Source of the DNA: Vicugna vicugna
Taxonomy: Eukaryota
NCBI GenBank assembly: GCA_013265495.1
Contig: MU058153.1
Coordinates: 1-64,000 of the forward strand
Reading direction: 5' to 3'
DNA: 64,000 nt
Shown: positions 25,338 to 38,599 of the stretch, piece after piece
How positions within the stretch are numbered: position 1 is the first letter of the stretch
Layout: every line of letters starts with the position of its first letter
The notes under the pieces: generated by a model
Seen by the model: the letters and a program-made list of their open reading frames with translations, nothing else
What the model was told of the DNA's origin: nothing
Database searches by the model: none
Translations under genes and position numbers: made by a program

Positions 25338-25771
25338 AAAAGTAAATATTTGCACTTTCTTAATAGTTATGGATTATTGAAGAACAAGAATTAACACTTT
25401 TCCTGGAATTTTTGCCAAAAATTATTTTCATACTATATTTCTCTTTAAAAAAAAAGCTTCCAGTCACATTTCATGCCACATTTAACCCTCCAATATGCTA
25501 TAATTCATATGGAATAAGTTTCATGAAGTAAAAGTCAAAGTTATTTTTTTAATACGACATCCAATTAAGTAAGCACTGTTTATTAAAAGGGTTTTCTTTT
25601 TGTGCTGAATTTCTATGGCATCTTGGTTGAAAAATCAAGTGTTTATGTGTGTCTATTTCCAGGCTTCCTATTCTGTTCCATTGGATTCTTTGTCTATTCT
25701 TGCACAGATATCACACTGTATAAATGCTTTAGCTGTATAGTAATTCTTGATATTTAATACTATACTTCATT

Positions 25772-25845
25772 TTTTCTACCAAGAATTTTGATAAAGATCT
25801 TTTCTACCAAAAAAATCTTTTCTATAAGAATCTTTTCTACCAAGA
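25772..25845. repeat. Short degenerate minisatellite, 4 copies of atcttttctaccaaga
   Basis: Units start near 25772, 25797, 25815 and 25830. Confidence 0.8.
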
Positions 25846-26838
25846 TTATTTTGGCTGATATAGGTAATTTTTACTGCCATTTAATTTTTGAAATAATCTT
25901 GCAAATTTATATTCAAAGTTCTGATAGGATTTAATTGGTATTACATTATAATTATAAATAAAATTGAGAAAAATAGTTCTTCACAATATTGAGTCTTCCA
26001 ATCCATAAATATAGAATATTCCTTTATTTATTTAGATTTTCTTTAGCATGTCTCAAAATTCTTTTAGTTTTCCATATACATATATGTCTTACAAATCTTT
26101 CATTAGATTTACTCTGAAGTTTTGGATGCTTTTGACACTATTATAAATAATACCTATAAAATGTATTCACAATTGTCTTGTACTTATCTCTAGTAATACA
26201 ATTGATTTATGCTTTTATTTACATTCTATTCAGTATCTTTGGTAAATTGTATTATTATTTCAAACAGCTTATTTTCAGAAACATTTTTATTTTTAAGTGT
26301 ATAATTATATAACCTGTAATTAATGAGAATTTTAATTTTTTACTTTCTGACCTTTATGGTAATTTATTTTCTTGCCTTATTGCACTTGTCCTATTGTACT
26401 TACCTTGACTACACTACCACCAATATTATGTTTAATAGAATTAGAGCTGAAGGACATTCTTGCCTTGTTTCCAGCCTCCAAAAGAAAATGTTCAATAGCT
26501 TACTCACAGCCTTTGTTTTTGTTTATCTATTGTTTTTTTTCCTATAAGATCTTCCTATCTTTTAATAGGCTAAGGAATTTCTCTTCTATTCTTGGTTGAG
26601 AGTATTTTTTTGTATTTTTGTTGCTATTTAATGAATAGCTATTGGAATGTATCAAATTATTTTCTGCATTTATTGAGATATCGATACGTGTTTTCTCTTT
26701 ATTCTGTTAATGTGATACATTGCATTGATAGCTTTTCAGATGTAATTCCAATTTTGAGTACCTAGAACCCTGCTTGTCAAGATGAAAATATTTTTATTTA
26801 ACACTTGATAATTATTATTCTTAAATTATGTTTAGTTT

Positions 26839-26862
26839 TGTGTGTGTGTGTGTGTGTGTGTG
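26839..26862. repeat. (TG)n microsatellite
   Basis: Seen directly. Confidence 0.95.
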
Positions 26863-27799
26863 TTGTTGCACATAGGAGACATTGACCAGTAAACTTCCTC
26901 TTGTGCATTATTCTTTTCAAGTTTTAAATGCTGTTATGCTAGCTCATAAAATGAGTCTAGAAGTAGCTTCACTTTTTCTATTCTCTGAAAAAGTCTCTAT
27001 CAGAGTGTATTATTTATTACCTAAACTTTTGAAAACTTTACTAGAGAAATCCTCTGCTCTTGGAGTCTTCTCAGTGGGAAGGTTTTAATATACATACATG
27101 CATACATATATATATTCAATCATACATATATGATTTATTAGTAAGTATAAAGGTATTTAAATTTTTTCTCATGTCAATTTTGATAAATTGTTTTTCAAAT
27201 TGTCAAATTCATTGGCATAGATATGTTAATTATGTTCCTTTGTTACTCTTTTAGAATGTGAGAATCTGAAATAATGTCCACATTATCATCCCTGGTATTA
27301 CATCTATTTGTCTTTCTCTAATATTTTCCTAATTAGTTTAGCTAGGTATTTATCAATTTAATTAATGGTTAAGAGAATTAGCCTCTAAGATTCTGTTAAT
27401 TTTCCCTTATTGAATATCTGTTTTCCATTCTTGATTACATTCTTTTTTTTTTTCACTGTCTTTGGATTTAAATGGATTTTTTGGCTAGTTTCTTGGAAAT
27501 AAAACTTAGATCATAGATTTTCAAGCTTTCTTGTTCTAGTATATACAGTGTTTTCTGAACATTGAAATAAATGAATCCCATACATTTTGTCATGCCATAG
27601 TATTACTGTAATGAAGTGGAAAATATTTCCAATTTTTCATTTTGATACTTTTCTTTGACCCATGGGGTATTTAGAAGTGGGTTCCTTAATGTCCAGACAA
27701 TCATTATTTGTCTAGTTATAGTGCCGTTATTGAGTTCCATACTCTATAATTTTATTCTTAGATAATTATTGAAACGTATATTTTGGACCAACAAATGGT

Positions 27800-30500
27800 C
27801 TTGGTAAAAATAACACAGAGGGTAGGGGAGCCAACCCTCATACAGCTGAAAATCTGCGTATAACTTTTGACTTCTCCCAAATCTAACTATTAATAGCTTA
27901 CTATTGACTGGAAGCCCCACTGATGACATAAACAGTTGATTAACGCATAGTTTGTATATGTATTTTATACCGTATTCTTACAATAAAGTAAGCAAAAGAA
28001 AATATTAAGGAAATCATAAAGAAGAGAAATACATTTATAGTATTGTATGTATATATTGATACCGTAAGTTTAAGTCATCTGTTTACAAGATAACTAGTCT
28101 GTTTTTCAGTACCTATATCAAAATTTTCTTATATGATACAAAAGACTGTAGATCTTACACATATTTCTAATATTAAACATCAAAAATGAAAGGATAATGT
28201 GAGAAGAAATTCATATTTATTTACAGGTATAACAATTCATGCATTGATAACTAAGAAGAATCAATATGATTGCTTCATGGTAGCCTAGCCTATACACTGA
28301 TGAATGAATTGTATACAATTTTTACAGCATAAAGTGTTACAGTCATATTCATAATACAATATTGGAAACATCATTATGTTTAAAAAAGAACACTTTCCTA
28401 TAATGATAGGCTGATAATTAGTTTCTCCAACTACAAAAGAGGCATATTATACAGTAATGTAATTCTTTGAAAGCCAAGTAATAAAACAGTTAGAAAACTA
28501 ACATTATTAATTTTATATTAAATATCATTCACTTTATACCTATGTAGGAATAAGGTATCCATTTCAATACATGTCTTGCACATGATGTTCTACATGCTGA
28601 AAACTTAGGCTATGAAGATGATGATGAGACAAAAATATCTCATAGAGTGCTTGCCGTATAGTTGTCAGATTTTCACAGGAAGACACATACACAATAGATA
28701 GGTTTATTAACTGTACAGCATAATAATTATTCATTAGGTTGAAGTCAACTATCATAAAGGTCTTTATCCTCATAATGTTCACATTGAGTAGGCTGAGGAG
28801 GACGAGGAAGATGAAGAGTTGGTCTTGCTGACTCAGTGGTGGAAGAGGCAGAGAATGTGGAAGGGGAGGCAAGAGATGCAGGCATACTCGGTGTCACTTT
28901 ATGGGAATATCTCATATATTCTGAGGCTTCTTTTTGCTTTTTTATTTCTTTTAAAATGTTCCTATGTAATATCAATCCTTCTTCAGGTTGCTTTAGCTCC
29001 AGCACCTCTCTCATAAAAGTCACCATGTTGTACAAGAAGTCAAAAGCAGTCTTGAATAACTGGAACCTGCTGCAAAACAAATAATGTCAATTTGTTTTCT
29101 GGCACTGCTTCTTCTGTTTTCTTCTTCATCATCTGGCACTGGTTCGGAAGCATGCATCTCCATCAAGTCATCTTCTGTTAATTCCTCTGCTGTTGTGTCC
29201 TTTAGCTCTTGAATTTCTCCAGGATCCCTATCTTGAAACTCTTCACTCCCTCCCCACACTTCTTGCCATAGACACAATCTCTTTCATGATTTCCTTGATT
29301 GGCTCTGTCATAAATTCTGTGAAGTCATGCAAAACTTCTGGGCACAGTTTTCTCCAGCATCCAGCAGGAATTTATTGTTTCAGGCTTGATGGTTTTTATG
29401 GCTTTTTCTATAACAAGGGTGGCAATTCCAAAGGTGTAATCCTTCCAGACTTTCAGGATGTCCTCTCTACTGGGATTCTCATAGCACTGACAATCCTTTC
29501 TGTAGAGTACAGTGTGTAATGAACCTTAAAGGTTCTAGTGACTTCCTGTTCTAGAGGCTGAATTAGAGACTTTGGGAGCAAGATCCCCAGTTTGACACCT
29601 TCAGTGTTGAACTCATGGGGTTCTGGGTGGCCAGGCGCACTGTCCAACACCAAAAGCATAGAAGATAGTCTCTTATTGGAAAGATACTTCTTGAATTCAG
29701 GACAAAGGACTGATAGAACAAATTCAGAAAGAGTTCTTATGGTCCAGGCCTTCATGTTGTATAACCAACACTCTGGTAACTAGTATTCGTCTTTTTCCTT
29801 CAAGACTCAGGGGTTAGTAACTTTATAGATAAGAACATTCCTGATTATAAACTTGACTGCGTTTGTGCAAAACAGTACCGTTAGCCTACCCCTTCCTGTC
29901 TTAAATCTTGGTGCTTGCTTCTCTTCATTACTAATAAATGTTCGTTGTGGCATTTTTTTTTCCAGAATAGGACACTTTCATTTGCATTAAAAACCTGTTT
30001 CAACCTATATCTTTTCTCTTCAATGATTTTCTTAATGGAATCTGGGAACTTGTCTGATGACTCTTGGTTGGCAGAAGCTCCTTCTTCTATTATCTTGACT
30101 TTTTTTTGGCAGAGGGCAAACCTCTTTCCAAAATGATCAAACTATCCATTGCTGGCATTAAATTATTTAGCTTTAGACCCTTTACGTTCCTTTTACTTTA
30201 ATTTGTCATATAATGACTTTGACTTTTCTTGAATCATATTAGTCTGTAGAAACCCTGCACCTGCCTAGAAGCTGCATTTTCAATACAAGATAAAAAGGAA
30301 CTTCGTGAAAAGTGCAAGGCTTTTGTGCCTGCTGGTGTAGCTGCAGTGAAGCCTTCATGAATTTCCTTGTCTTTTTTTCACAATGTTCCTTATGCTGGAT
30401 TAATTTATCTGAAAATGGCAGGCAACCACAGGCAGCTGCAGACCTCAGTCTAATGGCATGTATTAAGATGTATCAAGCAATTCAACTTTTTCTTGAAAGT
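27800..30500 (-). mobile_element. Tigger2-like pogo/Tc1-mariner DNA transposon with a fragmented transposase
   Basis: End sequence 'gaaaatctgcgtataacttttgac...ctattgactggaagcc'. Minus-strand peptides FNASNG*FDHFGKR, QVFNANESVLFW and LLVLDSAPGHP...SLIQPLEQ (CENP-B HTH / DDE_1 type). Confidence 0.92.
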
Positions 30501-30529
30501 TATATGTGTTTGTGTGTGTGTGTGTGCAA

Positions 30530-30955
30530 TGTGTGTAGTGCTGCAGTGAGCATGGAGGTGTATGTAACTTTCCAAGTTAGTGTTTTTGTTTTCTTCAGAT
30601 AAATATCCAGAAGTGGAATTTCTGGATTACGTGCTAGTTTTTTTAATTTTTTGAGAAATCTCCATACTGTTTTCCATAGTGGCTGCATCAATTTACATTC
30701 CCACCAACAGTGCACAAGGGTTCTCTTTTCTCCACATCCATGCCAAAACTTGTATTTCTTGTCTTTTTGATCATAGCCATTCTGGAAGGTATAAGGTGAC
30801 ATCTCAATGTGGTTTTGATTTGCGTTACTTTAACTGTTAGTGATGTTGAGTATCTTTCCATGTACCTGTTGGCCATCTGTGTGTCTTCTTTGGAAAAAAA
30901 CATCTGTTCAGGTCCTCTGTCCATTTTTTAATCAGATTGTGCTTTTTTGCTATTG
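30530..30955 (-). mobile_element. L1 ORF2 C-terminal fragment
   Basis: ORF track shows '[33 protein letters not shown]'. Confidence 0.92.
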
Positions 30956-30959
30956 CCAT

Positions 30960-31300
30960 TTAGCTTTTAATTTAATTTTTTATGTTTTTCATTTATAGAA
31001 GTTTATTTGATTAAAAAAACTCATAGTTGATCATTTTTAGTCGATACATTTTTTTAATGCATGATTTTGTTCTCACATTAGATTTCCTTAAACATAACAA
31101 GTATTTTTTAAAATTTATTTATACATCCAATAATTCTAGTATTTGAAATCTATGCACATATGGTTTGGCCTTTGCTTGTTAGTTTTTTTCTAGTTACTCT
31201 TTTATAAATTCTATGAATTTTATTAAAATCCTTGTTATTTAAAGCTATTTGTGGGAACTCCTTAAGTTTTGGGATGAGGATGTGTCCCTCCATGTTTGTA
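30960..31300 (-). mobile_element. Probable old L1 remnant
   Basis: T-rich, L1-ORF1-like antisense composition; poorly resolved. Confidence 0.35.
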
Positions 31301-34109
31301 GCTGTCTGAGGATATTACCAAACTGTGATGATTAAAATAAAAATGTTTATGGCCCTGTGCCTTGGATGTGTGCTTCACCCATAATACAGTGTATGTTTGC
31401 TGTATTAATGAAGAATTTTGATTCTGATTTAAAGGACAAGAAAAACACTTGGATAGATGAAACTCATAAGAAACGTTGTGCAGAGATAGTAAGTGCATCA
31501 TCAACCTTTAGGGCACATTAAACATAGATAGAATAAATAGTCCTTCATGTGTAAAACATAGATTAACAGGTGAAACAATCAAATGAGTGTTACTTGTAGG
31601 TAGAAAGAGACAGAAAGCAAAATGAGCCTTAAATATTTATAAAGCACAGATCTACCTCAAATTGGACACCCACTGTGGGGGGAATGAAAGTTTTTGTTGG
31701 CCTTTTTTTAAATTAACAAATGTAGCCTTAATTTAGTCCTGAATCCCAGGCTTTCTTGTAGATAGTAAATCTCAAGAAAGACTTAGTTTAATTTATATAT
31801 TTGCTTCTTTATACAGAGCCAAAACTAAGTCAGTTGTCTTTTGTTTTCCCATCTCTCTTTGGAGAGGAGATTTGTCTTCTTTGTTTAAACTTTTTGTGAG
31901 ATTTTGGACTTAATTGGTTCATAGATTTATGCAAGTGTCATCTATCCAATTTTTCATCTTTTGTGAGTCCGGTATTTTGTGTCTTAACCACTGTGTGTAA
32001 CCTTTTAAACTAGAGCACCTGGTTACCCCCAAATGGCAGATGACATCAGAAAACCTTAATTTTAGCACTTGTTTATACTTGGGGAGGGGTCTATGCTTTT
32101 TACCCTCTATAATTTTTATCATTTTAGCAAAGATTTTGTTTGTCATTTATGTATCACTTTTAAAATATTTTGTAGCAAGACAGTTTCAGAAAACCTGAAA
32201 TAAAATAAGGAGGCAATATTTATTTTATATTCTGAGCTATCACGTACATTTTGAGGACTCTTTCTAACTTCCACTTTGGGGGAAGATTCCCCATTGGGCC
32301 CTTTTCCCTGCCAATTTTATACAATTTTTATGTATTTAAATACAAGATCACTAAAAATAAACATATTTCTAAATTTTCACAGAAAAAAACTAAATAATTA
32401 TAGTAATTCAACTCATTATTCTTTGGTGAAATACTTATTGAATTCTCTGAGATACAAATATGCATCAGTTAATAAGAGAAACAAATACAATTTACAATTC
32501 AAGAAAATCAAATCATTTTGTGTGTGTGTGTAGAGTTAGAATTGGGTTTGCTCAAAATTATTTGAACTTTTAAAACTCAAATCTTAGTAGTATTTCTAAA
32601 ACTCTGCTCTCAATTATGTAGATGAATTAAATAAAAATAAAAAATAGAAAAAAGTAACCTAAAGCTGTTTTATAAAAAATGAAAAATGGTGATTAATTAT
32701 TTTGGAAGAATATGCAAAAAATGGTCTGAGGAGGTGCTACATATTGCCTATTGTTAGAATTTAGAGTGTACTGAATACATCATTCAATATTTCCTTATGT
32801 TGTATTATGTCTTCAATATGCTTTTAAAACACTGTTTCTTTAAAAATCTATGTAAAATGTATATGATTTTAAAAATAGTTACTATTATTTTCACTTCACA
32901 AACAAGGAAACTAAAATTTACAAAGGGTGCATGATATGCAAATAGTATAAGAATGAAGCCTGAAACCTGACTATTTAATCTTAACTGTTTATCTTGTATG
33001 ATATTATTGATTTAAAACTCCAGAGCAATAGTCAAATCTCCATAAACTTCTTAAACTACGCTTTTGTCTTTCAAAGCATGGCATAGTTTGAGAATACAGG
33101 TCTCACCAGTTGTCTCTCTTTAGCAGATTTACGGTTTGGGACAGGAAGGTTGGGCAGATGCCAAATAAAACTTGCTTTGGTAAACAAACAGTATCTGATG
33201 AGTGTTGATATATCGTAATTCAAAAAGAATTGCAAATACACATCTGAAGATAGGGGGCGTAGACACTCACAGTTGTGTTGCTGACGCCAGTGTTTCTGTC
33301 TAGCATGTAAATGCAGAATTATGGCATTCATTTTGTGGTGTTGTGTAACGGGCATTCCTAATTCAGGACACATATATCCAAACTATAGATTTTCCAACCC
33401 GTCCATAGGAAAGTAACAAGCTCTTCAGCATGGGATTGATCTCAGAATGCTTTTATAGGACATCTGTCTTTAGGAAAGATTCTGGGCAGATTTTTTTCCC
33501 CCTTACTGGTTTGAATGCCAATGATACAGATGTTTTCCAGTGGAGAAAAGGATCCAAGATTGTGGCTTGATCCAAGATTAAAAGTCAACACTCAGTCTCT
33601 GAATCAGCCAACATGGTTCTCAGCTACAAGAGTAAAATTTGAAAGAAAAAAAAAAAGGTAGATCATCCTGTTCATTATGCCTACTGGATGTTATTTCTAT
33701 TGCTCCTGTATCTGGGAATCCGTTCAATATCTTTTGGGCATGAGATGTTGCAGAAAGGAAGGTATAATTCATGGCATATAGCTGAGAGAACAGAGAGAAA
33801 TCCAGTTTAAATTTGGTAGCACAACAGGAATGTCAGAAAAGAGGTGAGGACTCGGGAAATAGAAAACTAGTCTGCTGTGAAGGTTGTCATGCTCAAGTGC
33901 GTGTCTGTTCTGTGGAGTCTGTGATCTGATGAGCGTTGATGATGCGCCTCTTCTTGGAAATGCCTCATAAAAACGAAGCTAAAGAGAGGATATGAAGTGT
34001 CTGTAAAACTTTTGACAGAATATCCACTTCATATTTTCCATTAAGAAAAAAGAACAAATCAGATGATCTAATCTATTTTGGCTCCAGGTAATTAAGCATT
34101 ATTTCTGAA

Positions 34110-34430
34110 CACATTTTCATAAAGGACAGCATACATATAGAGAAGTGTACAGGTCAGACCTCAGTGGATTTTACACAAACTTGAAGACACTTACATACCC
34201 AGCATCAGTTCCAGAAGCAGAACATTTCTAACGTCCCAGAAGCCCCATAGTGCTCCCTTCTGGTAACTGTTTTCCCCAAGCATTTGCAGTCTCCTGATTT
34301 CTGATACTGTGAGTTTGCCTATTTGGGAACTGTGTATAAATGGAGTCATCAAGCAGCATTTTGTTTGATTCTTTTCACTCAGTATCATTTTTATGTTTTA
34401 ATTCATTCATACTTGTTGCTTTATGATATT
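34110..34430 (-). mobile_element. L1ME-like 3'UTR fragment
   Basis: 'cagaacatttctaacgtcccagaagcccc...gtttgcctatttgggaactgtgtataaatggagtcat...cttttcactcagtatcat'. Confidence 0.75.
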
Positions 34431-35364
34431 AATTGTAGGAATTTCTGCTAACCAGATATTTGTTAGAGAATAACTTTTCAGTCATTTACTCACTTGCTTA
34501 TTTAATATTTAGTTATTGGGTGCAAACTGTGCTAGCATCAGAGGACAAAACATAGCAAAGAAAGAAATTATGGTCATCCCTTCAGGGAGATGTCAAGCTA
34601 CAAGCTGGATAATCAGTAATAAGCTTCTTAAAAATCTCATAAATTATTTCAAAATATGCAAATGCTATGAAAGAAGGGAACAGTGGATCTTTATATAAAT
34701 ATGTGTTAAAGATCAAAAGCTTTTATCTTGGGCAATACTTCGATAAGTATCTTTAGACTTTGAAGCAATGGAAGCCGAATATTTTTTTCCATATTTACTT
34801 TTTCAATGACTAACAAACTGAAAGCTAAAAGTGCCTCTTGAATCCTTCCTCTCAGCAGAAAAGTCCTTGGTGTCAGTTATTGGATCAAGCCAGCGGCTGG
34901 ACAGACTTTCTGGCTGATTTACAAAAAGTTTGATGAACTGTTCCATGACAACCTCTTTTCATTTGAATACATTAATTTTGTTACCAATAAATTTGGCATT
35001 TTAAGAAACCAGATTAAAGACATTTTTGTCCCCAAAGAAATTTCTTTTTTTTTAATTCCCTCCAAACTTTTCTTCCGCATTCACATTGTTCCTATTTTTG
35101 CTATAAAAATGGTCTTTTGACAAGAGCACTTAAGAGTAAGTAAGACTTAATCAATCATGCAGGCAGCCCCATACCACATGCACATCTGTATATTAACTCT
35201 TCCTGATTTCATTTTACTATCTGGCATTTATTCTTCCTTGAATCTGATTTTTAGCTTCATTTCTTATATTTGAAAATAATTTTATTTTAAGGCTATCTGA
35301 CATATAGCTTGTAACTAGGCCATGAATATATACATATACATAACATATATAATGTATACATGCA

Positions 35365-35503
35365 GATATGGAACCCACAAATATGGAGAGCAGCTGTACT
35401 ATGCTGTTTTATACAAGGGGAGTGAGCATCTTCAGATTTTAATATCCCCAGGGGTTCCTGGAACCCGTCCTCCACATGCCGCCCATACTGAGGGTTACCT
35501 GTA
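35365..35503 (-). mobile_element. MER2/Tigger3-like MITE fragment
   Basis: Minus strand 'tacaggtaaccctcagtat...ggttccaggaacccctggggatattaaaatctgaagatgctca...tgtataaaacagcatagta'. Confidence 0.7.
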
Positions 35504-35599
35504 TGTATGTAATTCTATACATATAACAATTATGTACATTTGACAATTGTTCTAAGTTTGCATAGCATTTTAGTGTCCAAATGGTCACTACCAATAAAT

Positions 35600-35790
35600 G
35601 AGCATCTGTTAATGAAACCTTGCATTTCTCATCATTGTAACACAGTAAGGTAGATGGAAACCTTATTGCTTCTTTTCTTACAGTGCACAAATCTGAAGGT
35701 TAACTTGCCAAGGCTGCATGGCTAGTTAATAGCATATCTGCTATTTGAATTCAGAGCTTTTAAGTCAAACTGTGTGCCCATTCCAATTCC
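35600..35790 (-). mobile_element. MIR SINE
   Basis: 'taacttgccaaggctgcatggctagttaatagc...atttgaattcag'. Confidence 0.65.
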
Positions 35791-36223
35791 CAAGAAACAA
35801 ATTACTGTAGATTTATTTTCTTCCTTTTTTTCCTCCATTGAGATTAGAGTGTTGTAAGAGCATGGCACATTCAGAAAAGAGTAGGAGTACCAAGAATGTT
35901 GAGGGAAAAGGAAAGAAAAATGAGGTAAGAAATTCCAAATTTTAATTTCATCAAGATTCCACTTAGACTGGAGGCCAGTATGACTCTAGAGGAATGTTTC
36001 CCAAACTATGTTTCAGTTTTTTTTGAAATATTAATAGAAATAGAAAATAAAGACAACACTAAGAAAAACAGAGAAGGGTAGTCAAAATACAATTTCATCA
36101 ACATTAAAGTAATAAAAATTCAGCAGATTTTGGTGCTGTAAAACATTTCTATGCTTTTAATATAGTAACATAGAGGGAAGATAACTGACCATGGAAGCCT
36201 TTAAATTTTTCCCATGAGATGTT

Positions 36224-37074
36224 ACTTTTTTTTTTTTTTTTTTTAGAGCCCACATACAAGTGATATCACATGGTATTTTTCTTTCTCTTTCTGGCTTACT
36301 TCACTTAGAATGACGATCTCCAGTTTCATCCATGTTGCTGCAAATGGCATTATTTTATTTTTCTCTATGACTGAGTAGCATTCCATTGTATAAATATACC
36401 ATAACTTCTTTATCCAGTCATCTGTCAATGTACATTTAGGTTGTTTCCATGTCTTGGCTATTGTAAATAGTGCTGCTATGAACATTAGAGTGCCTGTGTC
36501 GTTTTGAATTAAGGTTCTCTCTGGATATATGCCCAGGAGTGGGATTGCTGAATCATATGGTGAGTCTATTTTTAGTTTTCTGAGGAATCTCTGTACCGTT
36601 TTCCGTAATGGCTGCACCAAACTACATTCCCACCAACAGTAGAGGAGGGCTCCCTTTTCTCTCACACCCTCTCCAGCATTTATCACTTGTGCAATTTTGA
36701 ATGATGGCCCTTTTGACTGGTGTGAAGTGATACCTCATTGTAGTTTTGATTTGCATTCATCTGATAATTAGTGATATTGAATATTTTTTCATATGTTTAT
36801 TGCGCATTCATATGTCTTTATTGGAGAATTGCTTGTTTAGGTCTTCTGCCCATTTTTGAATTGGGTTGTTTGTTTTTTTCTTAAGTTGTATGAGTTGTTT
36901 ATATAGTCTGGAGATGAAGCCCTTGTCAGTCTCATCTTTTGCAAATATTTGTTCCCATTCTGTCGGTTGTCTTTTTGTTTTGCCTATGGTTTCCTTTGCT
37001 GTGCAAAAGCTTATAAGTTTAATTAGGTCCCATTTGTTTATGTTTGCTTTTATTTCTGTTGCTTGGGTAGATTG
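36224..37074 (-). mobile_element. Young L1 ORF2 C-terminal fragment lacking the 3'UTR, with polyA and a 12-bp TSD
   Basis: Open 147-aa ORF (36243-36686) matching the L1 ORF2 C-terminus. PolyT at 36226-36244. TSD ccatgagatgtt (36212-36223) / ccatgagacatt (37075-37086). Confidence 0.93.
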
Positions 37075-37979
37075 CCATGAGACATTTCATATAGTCTCAC
37101 AAAACACACCTAAAAAATACATTAAGAAATTATCCACCTGCATTAGGAAAATTGGCCCACACAAGGATTTACATAGGAAGAATTAAGAAAAATGCGTGTA
37201 TAATTTTATCCCAAACAGAATTATACTCTGTGACCAGAATAGTTTATTACTTAACATTCTAATTATAAAAACTATGTACCCGTATTCCTGGACAGAATAT
37301 TTATATTCTATAACCTTATCCTCCATCAAAACTAGGCCACAGACTGAAAGGGAACTGCGTGATGGGCTGGCTGTCTCCTAAACTCTCGGTCTTTGTGTGA
37401 TTACTGTGCAACAAGAAATTGTTCTTAGACTAAATACAGACATGCTTAGCAAAGTAAGATGATATCCATTATGAAAAAAAATCAAAGACATTTTTGAATA
37501 GCCTTTCAAAGTGGTCTTTTCCTTTAGGAGCAAGAATTCTAAGATTTAGAAACAGGGGTCGTGACCCATGAAGAAATTCGACATTTTAGTTTAACGCATG
37601 TCAGCCCAGATGGGCCAATAATCAGATTCTTTTTGATCCTAGGTAGTTAAATAGGTAATGTTGCTCAATAAAACATGAGACCTATGCCCTGACCTCTCTT
37701 TTGGTTCACCAGCAATTGTTTGAAGACACCACACTGTTTGGATTTCTGTTTGCATTGGAATCAAAATGTTTCTGTTCTCCTCCCCCGCCCACCCCCATAA
37801 TGTAAGATTCTTCTGCAGGAAGGTAGAGATAGACAACTTGTCTTAAGTAATTAATTTTTAGTATGCCAGATCTTTTAACAGCTTCTCTTTTGAGAGGGTT
37901 ATTTCTGTTTCTGGATCATGCCCAGTAGGAGTGAATGTAGAAGCATTGTGTAATTTGAGGAGAATTAGAAACATCAGCA

Positions 37980-38376
37980 GAGTGTGATTTTTGCCCCACT
38001 CAGTTCCCTTCACCTCTGTTATGGCATCCGTCTTCTAGCAGCTGGGGGTTCTTTGACAGTTCACGCCTGCATTCTTTCCTTGAAAACTCTTTACGAGATT
38101 AGCACCGCCTTACCTAGAGAGGTGTGGGGATTATGTGTCCCTCTAGGTCCCTTGCCTCAAGAAGGGGTAGCCTCTGATGCAGTTTAGACTCCAGACATCC
38201 CTGGGGGATCGTGCTGAATTTAAACTTCATGTGAACCTTCCTCTGGCTTAGCCCCTTCAGCATTCCCATCGTGTTCCTCTCACCCTAGCCAGTTTCTCCT
38301 GAGAAATTTCTCACAATAAATCACACACACAAAAAAATCAACATCAGGCTCTGCTTTTAAGAGCCTACCATAAGAT
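37980..38376 (+). mobile_element. ERVL LTR (LTR16-like)
   Basis: 3' end 'tttctcctgag...caataaatcacac...tcaggctctgctttta...cctaccataaga'. Confidence 0.55.
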
Positions 38377-38599
38377 GGTTGTCAAATAGAAAACAGTAAG
38401 GAATGGAGGAGCAAAGACATGCAACCCCAAAACTTTAAGGATACAGGAACCAAAGAAAATCCAATGCCCTAGTTGTGTAGCATATTGATTACAACAAACA
38501 AACAAACAAGAGTGAGATTGGTCAAATGCTTGTAAGTCATTAGTAAATGCATCAGATTGAAGACTAGATTGAACTATTAACTAGTAGCAAATGGGGGCA

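Larger units (their letters stand above)
25480..27790 (-). mobile_element. Highly decayed old L1 (L1ME-like) ORF2
   Basis: Antisense ORF2 remnants 'attgagtcttccaatccataaat', 'ggacattcttgccttgtttcc', 'ttttctgcatttattgagat', 'ctttgacccatggggtatttagaagt'. Confidence 0.75.

Noticed and set aside
28745..29755. Domesticated TIGD-like gene
   Set aside because: The transposase is split over frames, has stops, and has mutated catalytic residues.
33924..33965. Hammerhead-ribozyme-like CTGATGA followed by a short stem (also at 33195)
   Set aside because: GAAA does not directly follow stem II, and I could not build stems I and III.
36243..36686. 147-aa CDS, the longest ORF
   Set aside because: It is the C-terminus of a truncated L1 ORF2.
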